DNA of 64,000 nt from Nitrosopumilus sp. (GCA_028439825.1 JAMHKV010000002.1:27523-91522), one strand, 5' to 3'. Positions 1 to 10,589 are shown, counted from the stretch's first letter. Made by a program: numbers and translations. The notes: generated from the letters alone by a model not told the origin.

Positions 1-54
1 GTTCCATACCTTCAGGAACAAAACATTCACTATATTAACTAAGGTGTCTAGAAA

Positions 55-366
55 TTAGAAATCTTTTGCAATGTGATCATTGTCTTTGAGCCATTGTACT
101 TGAGGTATGGTAAATCTCCAAACAATATCTCCACGTCCAGTAGCATCAAAATCCCATGGAGCAATAATTACAATATCATTATCTCGAATCCAAACTCGTC
201 TCTTTAATTTTCCTCTAATTCGTCCTCTTCTAGTTACATTATCATCACATTTTATCATAACATTTTCTCCACCCATCATTTTCAATACCCTGCCAAATAA
301 TTCACCTTCTTCTGGAAGACGAATTTCTTTTAAGGCACTTTCATTTTTTACTTGACGCTTACCCAT
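55..366 (-). CDS. eif1A: translation initiation factor aIF-1A
   Basis: GRIRGKLKRRVWIRDNDIVIIAPWDF...GDIVWR, the typical eIF1A OB-fold signature. Confidence 0.95.
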   Translation of the reverse strand: MGKRQVKNESALKEIRLPEEGELFGRVLKMMGGENVMIKCDDNVTRRGRIRGKLKRRVWIRDNDIVIIAPWDFDATGRGDIVWRFTIPQVQWLKDNDHIAKDF

Positions 367-467
367 AATGTTGATGAGTCATGTTACCATATAACTGATG
401 AGGTTTTTAGAAGATAATTTTTAAAAAATCCAAAAGAAATTTTATCTATCGCATTCAAAATTATCTA

Positions 468-1034
468 ATGGAGTTTAGATGTGTTGATGAGTGTTCTAAG
501 TGTTGTGTTGAAAGAGAGTATTACCCGACTAAGCAATTTGGAAAAATAGGGGTGTTGATTTTACCAGAAGAAAAAGAGAGTATTGAAAAATTAGCAGAAT
601 TAAATAAAATTAAAATTAAAATTTTACCAAGAATAGGGGTTTCTAAAAATAAAAACCAGACTCCCACTGAAATTTTAGCGTATCAATTAATGGGAATTGA
701 AGATAATGGTAATACTTGTCCTTTTTTAGATACACATAGTGGTAAAAAATCAACGCATGGGGGATTCCCATGTAAAATTTACAAGGACAAACCATTGGCA
801 TGTAGTGCATATCCTTTAATTGAAATAAATCCAGTTAGTCTAGATCAAAAATGTAAATTCTGTAAAGAGTGCGGAACTGCAGATAAAAATTTAAATTTTG
901 AAGCAGAGTCTTTATTGAAAATACAAGAAAGTATGCAAACAGATGCAAGGTGTATTTGGAGATATGCCACAGGGGTAGGAGAACAAGAAGACCAAGAGAT
1001 CATTAAAACGGGTTGGGTTTTAGAAGATTATTAA
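468..1034 (+). CDS. YkgJ-family cysteine-cluster (putative Fe-S/Zn) protein
   Basis: N-terminal FRCxxxCxxCC, CPFL and CKIYxxKPxxCxxYP motifs. Confidence 0.75.
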   Translation: MEFRCVDECSKCCVEREYYPTKQFGKIGVLILPEEKESIEKLAELNKIKIKILPRIGVSKNKNQTPTEILAYQLMGIEDNGNTCPFLDTHSGKKSTHGGFPCKIYKDKPLACSAYPLIEINPVSLDQKCKFCKECGTADKNLNFEAESLLKIQESMQTDARCIWRYATGVGEQEDQEIIKTGWVLEDY

Positions 1035-1062
1035 ATAATTGAAAAATAATTTTAAAATTAGA

Positions 1063-2115
1063 TTAAGGGTTTATCACAGCACGGCCAAGAATTTTTCTTG
1101 CTTTAAGATCCTCTAATGCAGTATTGCATTCATCAAGATTGTATCTTTTTGAGATTACAGGATTTAGAGTACCTTTTCGTGCAAGTGCAAGTAATTCAAC
1201 CATGTCATCATAGTTTCCAGTATATGCCCCTTGAATGGTAATAGATTTGAGAGGAATGGTTACTAAAGATAATTCAATAGAACCGCCAAATAATCCAACA
1301 AGAACCAAATTCCCTCTTTTTCTCAAAACAGCAAAATCAAGTTTGGCAGTTGGTGGAGCGTTAACAAAATCAACAACACTGTCAGCACCCTTACCATTAC
1401 AAATGGACATAATTTTTTCAGGTGCATCAGATTCTTTAGAATTAATAACAAAATCAGCACCCATTTCTTTTGCAGTATTTAATTTTTGATCATCTAAATC
1501 AACACAAATAATTTTTGCATCGGTAATAGCATTAGCAATTTGAACACCCATCAATCCTAAACCACCTGCACCAACAATGACAAGGAATTCAGGAGAATTT
1601 TGGTTTGCTTTTTTAATTGCAGTGTACGCAGTTAGTCCAGAACATGCAAGTGAAGTTGCAGCATCTGGATCTACACCATCAAGTTTTGCTAGATATTTAA
1701 AATTTGGAATTAAAGCATAGTCAGAATAACCACCGTCTTGAAAAACACCCATAGATTTTGGAGCATCGCATAAGTTCTCATTTCCAACTTTACATGCAGG
1801 GCATTCACCACATCCAATCCAAGGAAAAACAAGTACTTGATCACCTTTTACAATACCTGAAACATTATCCCCGATATCTTCAACAGTACCAACAATTTCA
1901 TGACCAGGAGTTACAGGGTATTTTACTCCTCTATCAGTGACTTTCATAAATTGACCATCACCAAGATCATAACCACCTTCCCACAGATGTAAATCACTGT
2001 GACAGACACCAACAGAGCCTACTTTAACTAATACTTGATCTCCTTGAGGTTTTGGAGTTTCAGATTCAGATATTGAAAGTGGCTCATTAGGAGCAGTGAT
2101 CCTTGCAGATTTCAT
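1063..2115 (-). CDS. zinc-dependent alcohol dehydrogenase
   Basis: GVCHSDLH, GHE, structural-Zn CxxCxxC-x7-C and GAGGLG; start placed at MKSARIT. Confidence 0.92.
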   Translation of the reverse strand: MKSARITAPNEPLSISESETPKPQGDQVLVKVGSVGVCHSDLHLWEGGYDLGDGQFMKVTDRGVKYPVTPGHEIVGTVEDIGDNVSGIVKGDQVLVFPWIGCGECPACKVGNENLCDAPKSMGVFQDGGYSDYALIPNFKYLAKLDGVDPDAATSLACSGLTAYTAIKKANQNSPEFLVIVGAGGLGLMGVQIANAITDAKIICVDLDDQKLNTAKEMGADFVINSKESDAPEKIMSICNGKGADSVVDFVNAPPTAKLDFAVLRKRGNLVLVGLFGGSIELSLVTIPLKSITIQGAYTGNYDDMVELLALARKGTLNPVISKRYNLDECNTALEDLKARKILGRAVINP

Positions 2116-2210
2116 AATTAAAAAAATCAATCTTTACAATATAAGAGTTGACTGGAAGTAAGAAAAAAGTAGAGTCATTAGATATTATTGAATAACAGAA
2201 GAGTTATGCT

Positions 2211-2891
2211 GTGAGTGAATCTCAAACTCCTAACGGTATTTCTCAAGAACCAATCAATGTTTTATTTGATACAAAAGCAGTTGTAAAAAAAGACGTATGG
2301 GAGATAGATCTAATTCAAATTTTAAATTTATTAACAAAAATTCTAGAAAAAACGGGTTCAAAGGATCTTAAAGTTGCAGGGATGGCAGCATTATCATCAT
2401 CATTAATTTACAGAATGAAAGTTGAAAGTATTTTTGCATTACAAAAAGCAGCCATGGATAAAAAACCAAGTTTTCAAAGAACAGATGTAGATATTGAATT
2501 AATCGATATCCCATACAGACATGAATCAACATACCCAGTGTCATTAGATGACTTGTTAGGATTACTACAGAATCTAATCGGCACAATTGCAAATCCACAA
2601 TCACGAAGAAATAGAAAATTGGAGATAGAGCCAATCGAGGCACCAGATTTTCAAGAATTTTTTATTTCACTAGAAAGTATCATTGGAAAGTATGAAGATT
2701 TAATCATGAAAAAAATTGCAAGCACAGGGTTTGGATTACTGCAAGACATCATTGCAGAACTTGATCAAGTGGATTCAATTAGATGTTTTTTTGCAGCGTT
2801 ATTTTTAGCAAGAGATCAAAAAGTAGATTTAGAACAGCAAGAGGACGATATCAAAATTATACTTATGAAAGAAGAGACAACAACGGAATAG
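2211..2891 (+). CDS. scpA: segregation and condensation protein A (kleisin)
   Basis: DVWEIDL N-terminal motif, C-terminal FFAALFLA..QKVDLEQ wHTH; directly upstream of scpB. Confidence 0.85.
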   Translation: MSESQTPNGISQEPINVLFDTKAVVKKDVWEIDLIQILNLLTKILEKTGSKDLKVAGMAALSSSLIYRMKVESIFALQKAAMDKKPSFQRTDVDIELIDIPYRHESTYPVSLDDLLGLLQNLIGTIANPQSRRNRKLEIEPIEAPDFQEFFISLESIIGKYEDLIMKKIASTGFGLLQDIIAELDQVDSIRCFFAALFLARDQKVDLEQQEDDIKIILMKEETTTE

Positions 2892-2940
2892 AAATGGAGA
2901 GGAATTTCTTTAACTAAATTTTAAAGAAGGATAATAAAAC

Positions 2941-3519
2941 ATGGTCAAAATTGAAAATGCAAAAGAATCAACAGCAAGAATAGAAGCAGCACTATATTCA
3001 GCAGGTAGACCGCTTAGAATAGAAGACATCATAAGAGCATCAGGCACAGAATCTAAAATAAAAACATTAGAATTACTTAACGAAATTATCAAAAAAACAA
3101 AAAATGCATTCATAGCATTAGAAATAGCAATACTACCAGACGGATCATATGTAATGCAGTTGAAACCAGAATACAGTTCAACTGTTAAAAGATATGCATC
3201 AAAACCAGTTTTACCAAATGCAACACTAAAGACATTGTCATATATTGCATATGCACAACCAATTGCTTCAAAGCAACTTGTTGAAACTAGAGGATCAGGA
3301 GTGTATGCACATCTAAAAGAATTGCGACAACTAGATTACATTACTCACCAAAATGTAGGTAGATTAAAAATTTACACCACAACTGAAAAATTCCAAAAAT
3401 ATTTTGGAATTCAAGGTGATGTGGAAGATCTAAAATCAAGATTGTTTTCTAAAGTAAGAAAAACAGCAGGAAGAAATGAGATAAAATCCACACCGCAAAT
3501 AACAACAGAAACAGAATAG
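2941..3519 (+). CDS. scpB: segregation and condensation protein B
   Basis: IEAALYSAGRPL, TLSYIAYAQPI..ETRG, YTTTEKFQKYFGI. Confidence 0.93.
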   Translation: MVKIENAKESTARIEAALYSAGRPLRIEDIIRASGTESKIKTLELLNEIIKKTKNAFIALEIAILPDGSYVMQLKPEYSSTVKRYASKPVLPNATLKTLSYIAYAQPIASKQLVETRGSGVYAHLKELRQLDYITHQNVGRLKIYTTTEKFQKYFGIQGDVEDLKSRLFSKVRKTAGRNEIKSTPQITTETE

Positions 3520-3586
3520 ATAGATTTTTAATTTAAGGCTAATTTTTGGCGTTTTGTATAAATTAGAGTAATTCAGTAAATTTCTT

Positions 3587-3970
3587 GTGAGAAAATCAGT
3601 AGAAAATTTAGCAACCAGTAAGATAACTGGGGGAAGAAGAAAACCACTTAGAATTAGAAGAAAATATGAAACTGATAGATATCCAAATGAGGCAATTAAT
3701 GGAGCTCAAGTAACAATAACAAGAAGAGTTAGAGGCAGTAACAACAAAGTTGCTTTAAAAACAATCGATTTTGTTAATTTGTCAACAGGCAATGGCAAAG
3801 TTGTCAAAGCAAAAATTATCAAAGTAATAGATAACACTACAAATAATGATTATAAAAGAAGAGGAATAATCAGTAAAGGTGCAATTCTTGAAACACAAGA
3901 AGGTAAGTGCAGAGTTGTATCAAGACCAGGACAATTAGGAATAGTCAACGCAGTATTAGTAAAAGAATAA
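3587..3970 (+). CDS. rps8e: 30S ribosomal protein S8e
   Basis: KITGGR...RVRG...RRGIISKGAILET...VVSRPGQ.G.VNAVL. Confidence 0.96.
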   Translation: MRKSVENLATSKITGGRRKPLRIRRKYETDRYPNEAINGAQVTITRRVRGSNNKVALKTIDFVNLSTGNGKVVKAKIIKVIDNTTNNDYKRRGIISKGAILETQEGKCRVVSRPGQLGIVNAVLVKE

Positions 3971-3971
3971 A

Positions 3972-4271
3972 ATGAAAGATTACGAGCACGTCGTAATATG
4001 GTTGGATTATTTTAATAAAAATTTAAAAAGATCAATGGGGAGAAGGCTACCATTAGAAAAATCTGTTTACGATCCATCATTAAAAGAATTAATCGACGCA
4101 ACAACATCAGCAGGATTTGAAATAACAGAATCGGATGATAAAGTAAGATTTCCAAAAAGACCGTTTGTCAGATCAGGATACATTGTGTTGCCAAAAGGAT
4201 CACATAAGACAATTATTCTTAACAAAATTTCTCAAAAACTTACAGCAAAAAGAGTCAAGCAAACAAAATAA
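3972..4271 (+). CDS. srp19: signal recognition particle 19 kDa protein
   Basis: VIWLDYF...GRRLP...DPSLKEL...RFPK..F..SG; conserved position after rps8e. Confidence 0.9.
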   Translation: MKDYEHVVIWLDYFNKNLKRSMGRRLPLEKSVYDPSLKELIDATTSAGFEITESDDKVRFPKRPFVRSGYIVLPKGSHKTIILNKISQKLTAKRVKQTK

Positions 4272-4345
4272 AATTGAATCTAGCTCTTAGCTAAAGTAAA
4301 GTTGACAGAAGTACATGATAGTGTGATCGTTTCTAGTATAGTTAA

Positions 4346-4615
4346 TTGCAGGAGGTAGGCGAAATAATGCACCTAGCCGGAAGTGGTAGAGTGATAATTC
4401 AGCTATCAAAAGAATTAGTTGAAGGACAAATACTCTGCGACGATAAAGGAACTAGAGTTGCAAAAGTAATGGAACTAATTGGTCCAGTAAAAAGACCGTT
4501 TGCGTCAGCGACGTCTTTAACAAATAATATAAATAAATTTGTTGGAAAAAAGGTTTTCATGTTTGAGCAATCTGCTGCAACTACACCAAAAAGATTTAGG
4601 AGAAATAGAAGATGA
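4346..4615 (+). CDS. gar1: H/ACA RNP component Gar1/Naf1
   Basis: VGEIMH...VAKVMELIGPVKRPFA motif; srp19-gar1-tfb gene order. Confidence 0.85.
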   Translation: MQEVGEIMHLAGSGRVIIQLSKELVEGQILCDDKGTRVAKVMELIGPVKRPFASATSLTNNINKFVGKKVFMFEQSAATTPKRFRRNRR

Positions 4616-5571
4616 ACATATTACAAAACCAAAATTGTCCGGAATGCAGATCATCATCATTAGTTGATGACATGCAGAATGGCGAACTAATCTGTTCTGG
4701 TTGTGGAATAGTTGTCGACGATCAGATTGCAGATTGTGGTCCAGAAACAATAAGTTCGAATCTCGAAGATAAAATGAAGCTTGCAAGAGCAACAGGACAA
4801 ACAACCTATTCTCAACATGATTTGGGAATAACAACTGAGATTTCAATTAGTTCAAAAGACTTTAGTGGTAAAACTATCAACCATGAAGTTAAAAACCAAA
4901 TGAATCACCTCAGGAAATGGCAACAAAGAGTAAGAGTGTCAACACCAAAAGAAAGACGACTTGCAAATGTTTTAGCAAAAATGGGTGAAACATGTGAATC
5001 ACTTAATCTTTCAAAAAATGTGTTGGAAACTACTTCAATGATATACAGAAATTTAGACGGTCACATAGATGTTAAAGGAAAATCAGTAGTTTGCATCACA
5101 GCAGCTACAATTTACATGGCATGCAAACAATGTGACGTAGTAAGATCATTAGAAGAAATTTGCCGAGGAATTGTCCCAGGAAAAGATGTTAAATCAAAAA
5201 CAAAACTTGCAGCAAGATATTACAGAACCATGGTAATGGAAATGGGCTCATTAAAAGCTCCAGTACTAACTATGGACAAATACATCTCAAAGATAGCAAA
5301 TACAACACAGACCGAGGTTAGAGTGGAAAGATTAGCCTTGGAAATTGCTGAAAAAACAAAAGATAGCAGTATTTCGGATGGAAAATCGCCAAACGGAATT
5401 GCTGCAGCGTATCTCTATGTTTCATCAGTACTACTTGGACAAAACATCCTACAAAGGGACGTTTCAAGTGTTGCAGGAGTTACAGAAGTCACTATCAGAA
5501 ATAGATGTAAAGAGATTCTAACAAGTCATAAACTCAAAATTACATTGAGACCATCTCTGGCCAAATGTTAA
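4612..5571 (+). CDS. tfb: transcription initiation factor IIB (TFB)
   Basis: Zn ribbon CPEC...GELICSGCG, cyclin repeats, GKSP.G.AAA.LY, GVTEVTIRNR. Confidence 0.96.
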   Translation: MNILQNQNCPECRSSSLVDDMQNGELICSGCGIVVDDQIADCGPETISSNLEDKMKLARATGQTTYSQHDLGITTEISISSKDFSGKTINHEVKNQMNHLRKWQQRVRVSTPKERRLANVLAKMGETCESLNLSKNVLETTSMIYRNLDGHIDVKGKSVVCITAATIYMACKQCDVVRSLEEICRGIVPGKDVKSKTKLAARYYRTMVMEMGSLKAPVLTMDKYISKIANTTQTEVRVERLALEIAEKTKDSSISDGKSPNGIAAAYLYVSSVLLGQNILQRDVSSVAGVTEVTIRNRCKEILTSHKLKITLRPSLAKC

Positions 5572-5613
5572 CACACACCCCCCACCCCTTTTCATTTTAT
5601 TATTAAAAATACC

Positions 5614-5633
5614 AATTAGGATTAGCTAAATTT
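5614..5633. promoter_or_regulatory. putative operator upstream of sufC (TTAG-N6-CTAA imperfect palindrome)
   Basis: AATTAGGATTAGCTAAATTT, 16/20 identical to 24543-24562 upstream of sufB; lies just upstream of TATA-like TATTATAT at 5640. Confidence 0.45.
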
Positions 5634-5670
5634 CGTCGGTATTATATAGAGAATCAAAAATATTTTAGAC

Positions 5671-6441
5671 ATGGTAGTATTAGAAATTAAAGACCTACAC
5701 GTTTCAATAGGGGATAAAGAGATCCTCAAAGGAGTCAATCTGAAAACAGGTCCAGGAGAGGTACATGCCATCATGGGACCAAATGGTTCAGGAAAAAGTA
5801 CACTAGCATACACACTACTCGCACATCCAAAATATCAAGTCACTAAAGGGGATATTCTATTAGATGGTGAAAGTATTTTAGAATTAACAGCAGATCAAAG
5901 AGCAAAAAAAGGATTATTTTTAGCATTTCAATATCCAACTGAAGTTTCAGGGGTAGGATTTTCTCACTTTCTAAGAACAGCATATAATTCTCTAAGTAAA
6001 GCAATGGATGGAGATGATAGAGAAGTATTCATCACAGTAAGAGAATTTCAAAAATATCTTAAAGAAAACATAGCTAAAGTAGGATTAAGAGAAGAATTCC
6101 TTTCAAGATATCTAAATGAAGGTTTTTCAGGAGGAGAGAAAAAACGTGCAGAAGTATTGCAAATGGCAGTTTTAAAACCTAAAATTTCAATTTTAGATGA
6201 ACCAGATTCAGGATTAGATATTGATGCAGTTCAATCAGTAGCTCAAGCAATCAGCAAAGTATCAACAAAAGATGCAACAGTAATCATAATTACTCACTAT
6301 GCCAGAATTCTAAATTTCTTAGATAAGTTAGACTTTGTGCATGTATTTGCAGAAGGCAAAGTCCTACAAACAGGAGATGCATCTCTTGCACAAAAATTAG
6401 AAGCCGAAGGTTATGAATGGGCTTTAGAAAAAACTGCATAA
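5671..6441 (+). CDS. sufC: Fe-S cluster assembly ATPase SufC
   Basis: GPNGSGKST, LFLAFQYP, LNEGFSGGEKKR.E.LQM, LDEPDSGLDID. Confidence 0.96.
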   Translation: MVVLEIKDLHVSIGDKEILKGVNLKTGPGEVHAIMGPNGSGKSTLAYTLLAHPKYQVTKGDILLDGESILELTADQRAKKGLFLAFQYPTEVSGVGFSHFLRTAYNSLSKAMDGDDREVFITVREFQKYLKENIAKVGLREEFLSRYLNEGFSGGEKKRAEVLQMAVLKPKISILDEPDSGLDIDAVQSVAQAISKVSTKDATVIIITHYARILNFLDKLDFVHVFAEGKVLQTGDASLAQKLEAEGYEWALEKTA

Positions 6442-6683
6442 TTAAATCTAAAACCAATTTTAAAAAAATATTGATTTACAAAGTTCAAGTACAGTTTTCT
6501 AAAGATTTCTTAAAAATTGAAAAAGATCAAGTATCTATGGGAATTAAATCAAAACCAATCAAAGGCGAGGCAAATAAAGAAATCATTAAAAAAATTGCAA
6601 AGTATTTTGCAATATCTACAACAGCAATAGAAATAAAATCAGGCCATAAATCTAAAGAAAAAATCATAGAAATATCACAGTAA
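6417..6683 (+). CDS. DUF167/YggU-family protein (start uncertain, probably downstream)
   Basis: P.KGEAN.E....IAKYF......I.I.SG.KSK.K signature. Confidence 0.8.
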   Translation: MGFRKNCIIKSKTNFKKILIYKVQVQFSKDFLKIEKDQVSMGIKSKPIKGEANKEIIKKIAKYFAISTTAIEIKSGHKSKEKIIEISQ

Positions 6684-6727
6684 ATAAGATGTTTTTTATT
6701 TAAATAGGGTTTTAGAAATTAAAAATT

Positions 6728-7402
6728 ATGTCAGAAAAGAGTGAACAGTATTTCTTTAATTTTTCATTTTTTAAAGTTGATCCAAAATGGAGATGGATGG
6801 CAGATTTGGCAAAAGAGGAATCCGCAAAAGAGGTAGAAAACATTATCAAAAATTCAGGAATAATGTTTAGAGCCTATTCTAATTTAGGATTACGTGATGA
6901 TACGGATTTTTTGTTTTGGTTTGCAGCACCCACAGTTGAAGAAATTCAAACAGTAATTGAAAAATTATACAAAACGGTATTTGGAAAATATATCATTCCA
7001 TCAATGACATATTTGTCATGTACAAGACCATCATTTTATGTGCAAGACCAGAAAACATTAGGATTCATTAAAGGAGATAATCAGAAAAAACACGTCATAG
7101 TTTATCCATTTACAAAAACAAGAGAATGGTATCTACTGCCAAAGGAAAAACGTCAAGAAATAATGGATGAACACATAGCAGTTAGTAGAAAATACCCACA
7201 AATAGTACTCAATACCACGTATTCATTTGGAATTCACGATGAAGATTTCATGCTAGCATTTGAGGTAGATGATATCAGAGATTTTCAAGATTTAATCATG
7301 GATTTAAGAGAAACTCAAGTTTCAACATACGTAAAAAATGACATTCCAATGATCGTATGTGTAAAAAAAGACATCATTCCGTTAATCACAAGTTTAGGAT
7401 AA
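6728..7402 (+). CDS. chlorite dismutase / coproheme decarboxylase (ChdC/HemQ) family protein
   Basis: VYPFTKTREWYLLP.E.RQ.IM.EH, TTYSFGI.D.DF..AFE, LRET. Confidence 0.88.
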   Translation: MSEKSEQYFFNFSFFKVDPKWRWMADLAKEESAKEVENIIKNSGIMFRAYSNLGLRDDTDFLFWFAAPTVEEIQTVIEKLYKTVFGKYIIPSMTYLSCTRPSFYVQDQKTLGFIKGDNQKKHVIVYPFTKTREWYLLPKEKRQEIMDEHIAVSRKYPQIVLNTTYSFGIHDEDFMLAFEVDDIRDFQDLIMDLRETQVSTYVKNDIPMIVCVKKDIIPLITSLG

Positions 7403-7480
7403 CAAATACTAAAACAAAATATCAGAGATTAGAATCTGGCATAAACATAAATGATGAAATTCCAAATAAGTAAATGAGAA

Positions 7481-8479
7481 TTGAATTACAATAAGCTAGG
7501 AAAAACAGACATCAAAGTATCAGAAGTGGGATTTGGCGCATGGTCGATTGCATTAGATTGGTGGGGTAAAAAAATTGAAGAAGACGAAGCAAAAAGAATG
7601 CTCAAAAAGGCATATGATTTAGGAATTAACTTTTTTGAAACTGGTGACATGTATGGAAAAGGATTGAGTGAAAGACTCATTGGTGAAGTTTTCAAAGATA
7701 TGAGAGACGAAGTTGTCATATCTACAAAATATGGATATGATTTTTCAGAAGTAGAGCAAATAGGACACAAGGAATTACCTCAAAAGTTTGATGAAGATTT
7801 TACTCGAAAAGCATTAAGAGAGAGTTTGAAAAGATTGCAAACAGATCATTTAGATATGTATGGATTACATAATCCAAAATTAAATCACATCAGAGATAAT
7901 TCAATTTTTGAGGTGCTAGATAGTTTTGTTGCAGATAAATCAATTAGCACATATCAAGTAGCTTTAGGTCCCGCAATTGGGTGGACACAAGAGGGCATGG
8001 AAGCAATGGAAAGACCAAATGTAAGTGCAGTTCAAACAGTATACAACATTTTAGAACAATCACCAGGCAATGAATTAATGGAAAAGGCTGAAGAAAAAGA
8101 TGTAGGAATTCTAGTTAGAGTTCCAGAAGCATCAGGAATACTAACAGGAAAAGTTAACGCTGAGACAAAAATTGATGAAAAAGATCACAGATCAGTAAGA
8201 AAAGGAGAATGGATTAAAGCATCATTAGCAAAAGTAGAAGTGCTCAAACCAATTGCAGAAAGAACAGGTTTAACCATCACAGAATTATCAATGAAATTTA
8301 TCATGTCAAAGAAAGGATTTGCATCAGTATTTCCTACAGTAATTAGTGAAGAAGAAATTGTGAATTATGTTGAAATGACTAAAGGAGAATATATTTCAGC
8401 ATCAGATATGAAGGAGATTGAAGAAATTTACAGTACATGGCCATCTTATGAATTAAAAGCAACACCACAAACAAACTAA
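7481..8479 (+). CDS. aldo/keto reductase
   Basis: LGKTDIKVSEVGFG, GINFFETGDMYGKG.SE, SLKRLQTDHLD.Y.LH. Confidence 0.93.
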   Translation: MNYNKLGKTDIKVSEVGFGAWSIALDWWGKKIEEDEAKRMLKKAYDLGINFFETGDMYGKGLSERLIGEVFKDMRDEVVISTKYGYDFSEVEQIGHKELPQKFDEDFTRKALRESLKRLQTDHLDMYGLHNPKLNHIRDNSIFEVLDSFVADKSISTYQVALGPAIGWTQEGMEAMERPNVSAVQTVYNILEQSPGNELMEKAEEKDVGILVRVPEASGILTGKVNAETKIDEKDHRSVRKGEWIKASLAKVEVLKPIAERTGLTITELSMKFIMSKKGFASVFPTVISEEEIVNYVEMTKGEYISASDMKEIEEIYSTWPSYELKATPQTN

Positions 8480-8486
8480 CTTCCAA

Positions 8487-8825
8487 ATGGATGCTCCAAT
8501 AAATTCAGAAAAAACTATAGAAATCATTGAGAGGATGAAGCTTGCCAAAATTGGCAAATATAAGAAATGGCAATTGATAATTAAAAAAATCAAAAGTGAT
8601 CAAATCTTAAATCCAGAAGAATTGAAATATTATTCAAATTTAACTAGAATTTATAAAAATTCAAGTGTCACAACTAGAAGTAAAATTTATCATACCAAAT
8701 TATCACAAGAGGATGAAAAACCACCATGTAAAGAATGTGGAAAAGATTCACTATACTATTGCAACATGAATGATCAGTATTTTTGTAACATTCATGTGGT
8801 TGGACACGATAAAAATGAAATTTAA
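8487..8825 (+). CDS. hypothetical protein with C-terminal B-box-like Zn finger
   Basis: CKECG...YYCNMNDQYFCNIHVVGH. Confidence 0.6.
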   Translation: MDAPINSEKTIEIIERMKLAKIGKYKKWQLIIKKIKSDQILNPEELKYYSNLTRIYKNSSVTTRSKIYHTKLSQEDEKPPCKECGKDSLYYCNMNDQYFCNIHVVGHDKNEI

Positions 8826-9865
8826 GCAGTAGTGTCTTCTAAACTAAATGAATTTTCAACAAAATATTCAACTCGAGTTTTTTTAAATTCACGAGAACTG
8901 AAAAGGATTTTGTATTCATCAACATTGATTTGGTCCTGAATTGTTTTAGCTACATCATAAGCCTCATCGTGTGTTTTACAATGAATCATTGAAAATACAT
9001 TGTATGGCCAATCGTCGTAAGTAGGGCGCTCATAACAATGGCTAACTTGAGGAAATGATCCTAGTGTTTCGCCAACAGAAGTAATCCTATCTTCAGGAAC
9101 TTTCCAGACAATCATACCATTTGCAGTGAATCCGACTTGTCTGTGTCTCAAAATGGCTGCAAATCTTCGCATGACACCTACATCCTCATAGTGTTTCATT
9201 TTTGCAAATACTTCATCTTCAGTAATACCGAGATTTTTTGCAGCCTTTACAAATGGCTCATCAATAATTTCCATATCTTTTTGTAATTCACGGATAAAAT
9301 CTTTGTCTTCTTCTGTAGGTTTGAATTCAATATTTTTAATTTCTTTCTTTTCTTCAGATGGTGCAATGTCATGTTTCTTATCATCGACCAAGTCAAGCTT
9401 TACACCTATTTTGAATAATTGTAAAGTTGGAAGCATTCTAACTTTTTTAATTCCTTTCAGAACATTAAATTTTTCAAGCTCATCGTTTAGATCAGCACCG
9501 GGAGGTACAGCTAATGTGAACCAGAGATTAAACTGATGATCACGTTCATAATTATGACTCACTCCAGGATGACGATTGATTTGACTAGCTACATGATCCA
9601 ATTCATCATGTTCAATTTCCATTGCAACCAATGAACTAGTGTAACCAAGTTTTCGAGTATCAAAAATTGCACTCAATTGTCTTAAGACGCCAATTTCTTT
9701 AAGATTTTTCAAATTTTCTTTAATAATTTCTGGAGTAGTATCAAATTTTTTTGCAATGGCATCGAATGGTCTAGTAACCAATGGAAATGTCCATTGAATT
9801 TCATTTAGAAGTTCCTTATCAGATTCACCTAAAGAAGACAATAAGTGAATTAATCTGAGATTCAA
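8822..9865 (-). CDS. siroheme decarboxylase, fused AhbA/AhbB (NirDL/GH-like, Lrp/AsnC fold)
   Basis: two AsnC-like halves: FPLVTRPF..IA, GVSHNYER.HQFNLWFT, and VSHCYER....WPYNVFSMIH; divergent from sirC-hemA-hemB. Confidence 0.88.
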   Translation of the reverse strand: MNLRLIHLLSSLGESDKELLNEIQWTFPLVTRPFDAIAKKFDTTPEIIKENLKNLKEIGVLRQLSAIFDTRKLGYTSSLVAMEIEHDELDHVASQINRHPGVSHNYERDHQFNLWFTLAVPPGADLNDELEKFNVLKGIKKVRMLPTLQLFKIGVKLDLVDDKKHDIAPSEEKKEIKNIEFKPTEEDKDFIRELQKDMEIIDEPFVKAAKNLGITEDEVFAKMKHYEDVGVMRRFAAILRHRQVGFTANGMIVWKVPEDRITSVGETLGSFPQVSHCYERPTYDDWPYNVFSMIHCKTHDEAYDVAKTIQDQINVDEYKILFSSREFKKTRVEYFVENSFSLEDTTA

Positions 9866-9935
9866 TTAAAAATGTAGCTAGTATTTCACACAGTAATTTT
9901 TAATACATAAATAGAAACCGCAGTGTTTTGGATCG

Positions 9936-10589
9936 ATGATAATAAATCTAAATCTTGAAGGTAAGAAAATCATTATTGTGGGGGGAGGAAATGAGGCTGA
10001 AAAAAGAATAAAATCAATAGTAAATGAAAAATGTGAAATTATGGTTATTAGCGATTCTATAAATTCCCAGATTTCAAAATTGGTAAAAACAAAAAAAATT
10101 ATATTAAAAAAACAAAAAATTGAAAATATAAAATTTATTTTAGAATTAAAACCAGATTTAATAATTACAACGACAAATGATAAAAAAATTAATCAAAAAA
10201 TAATCAACTATGCAAAGAAAAAGAAAATAATAGCATACAGTTCAGATAATCCTGAAGATAGTGATTTTGCAAATGCAGCCATTATTGATTTTGAAAAAAT
10301 GATTCAAGTTGCAATTTTCACTGGAGGTAGGAGTCCAATAATGGCAAAAAAAATTAAATCAAAAGCTGAAATTGCACTAAAAAAAGTTATTTCAAAAGAG
10401 GATATTGCTCAAATCAAAATACAAAAAATATCACGGGAACTATCTAAAGAAATTATTCCCACTCAATTTGAACGAAAAGAATGTCTACGCAGCATCATGA
10501 CTGACAATCATATTGATCAGTTAATAAAAGACGGGCAGATAAAAAAAGCTGAAAAGCGAGCAATAGAGATACTAAAAAAATGGAAATGA
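9936..10589 (+). CDS. precorrin-2 dehydrogenase / sirohydrochlorin ferrochelatase (SirC/CysG-N)
   Basis: IVGGG Rossmann motif, DNPE.SDF, VAIFTGGRSP. Confidence 0.88.
   Translation: MIINLNLEGKKIIIVGGGNEAEKRIKSIVNEKCEIMVISDSINSQISKLVKTKKIILKKQKIENIKFILELKPDLIITTTNDKKINQKIINYAKKKKIIAYSSDNPEDSDFANAAIIDFEKMIQVAIFTGGRSPIMAKKIKSKAEIALKKVISKEDIAQIKIQKISRELSKEIIPTQFERKECLRSIMTDNHIDQLIKDGQIKKAEKRAIEILKKWK

Noticed and set aside
2211-3519. scpA/scpB without an adjacent smc
   Set aside because: smc is often encoded elsewhere; absence from the window is uninformative.
5570-5600. C-rich tract ACACACACCCCCCACCCC after tfb
   Set aside because: Single short occurrence followed by a T-run; probably terminator-region sequence.
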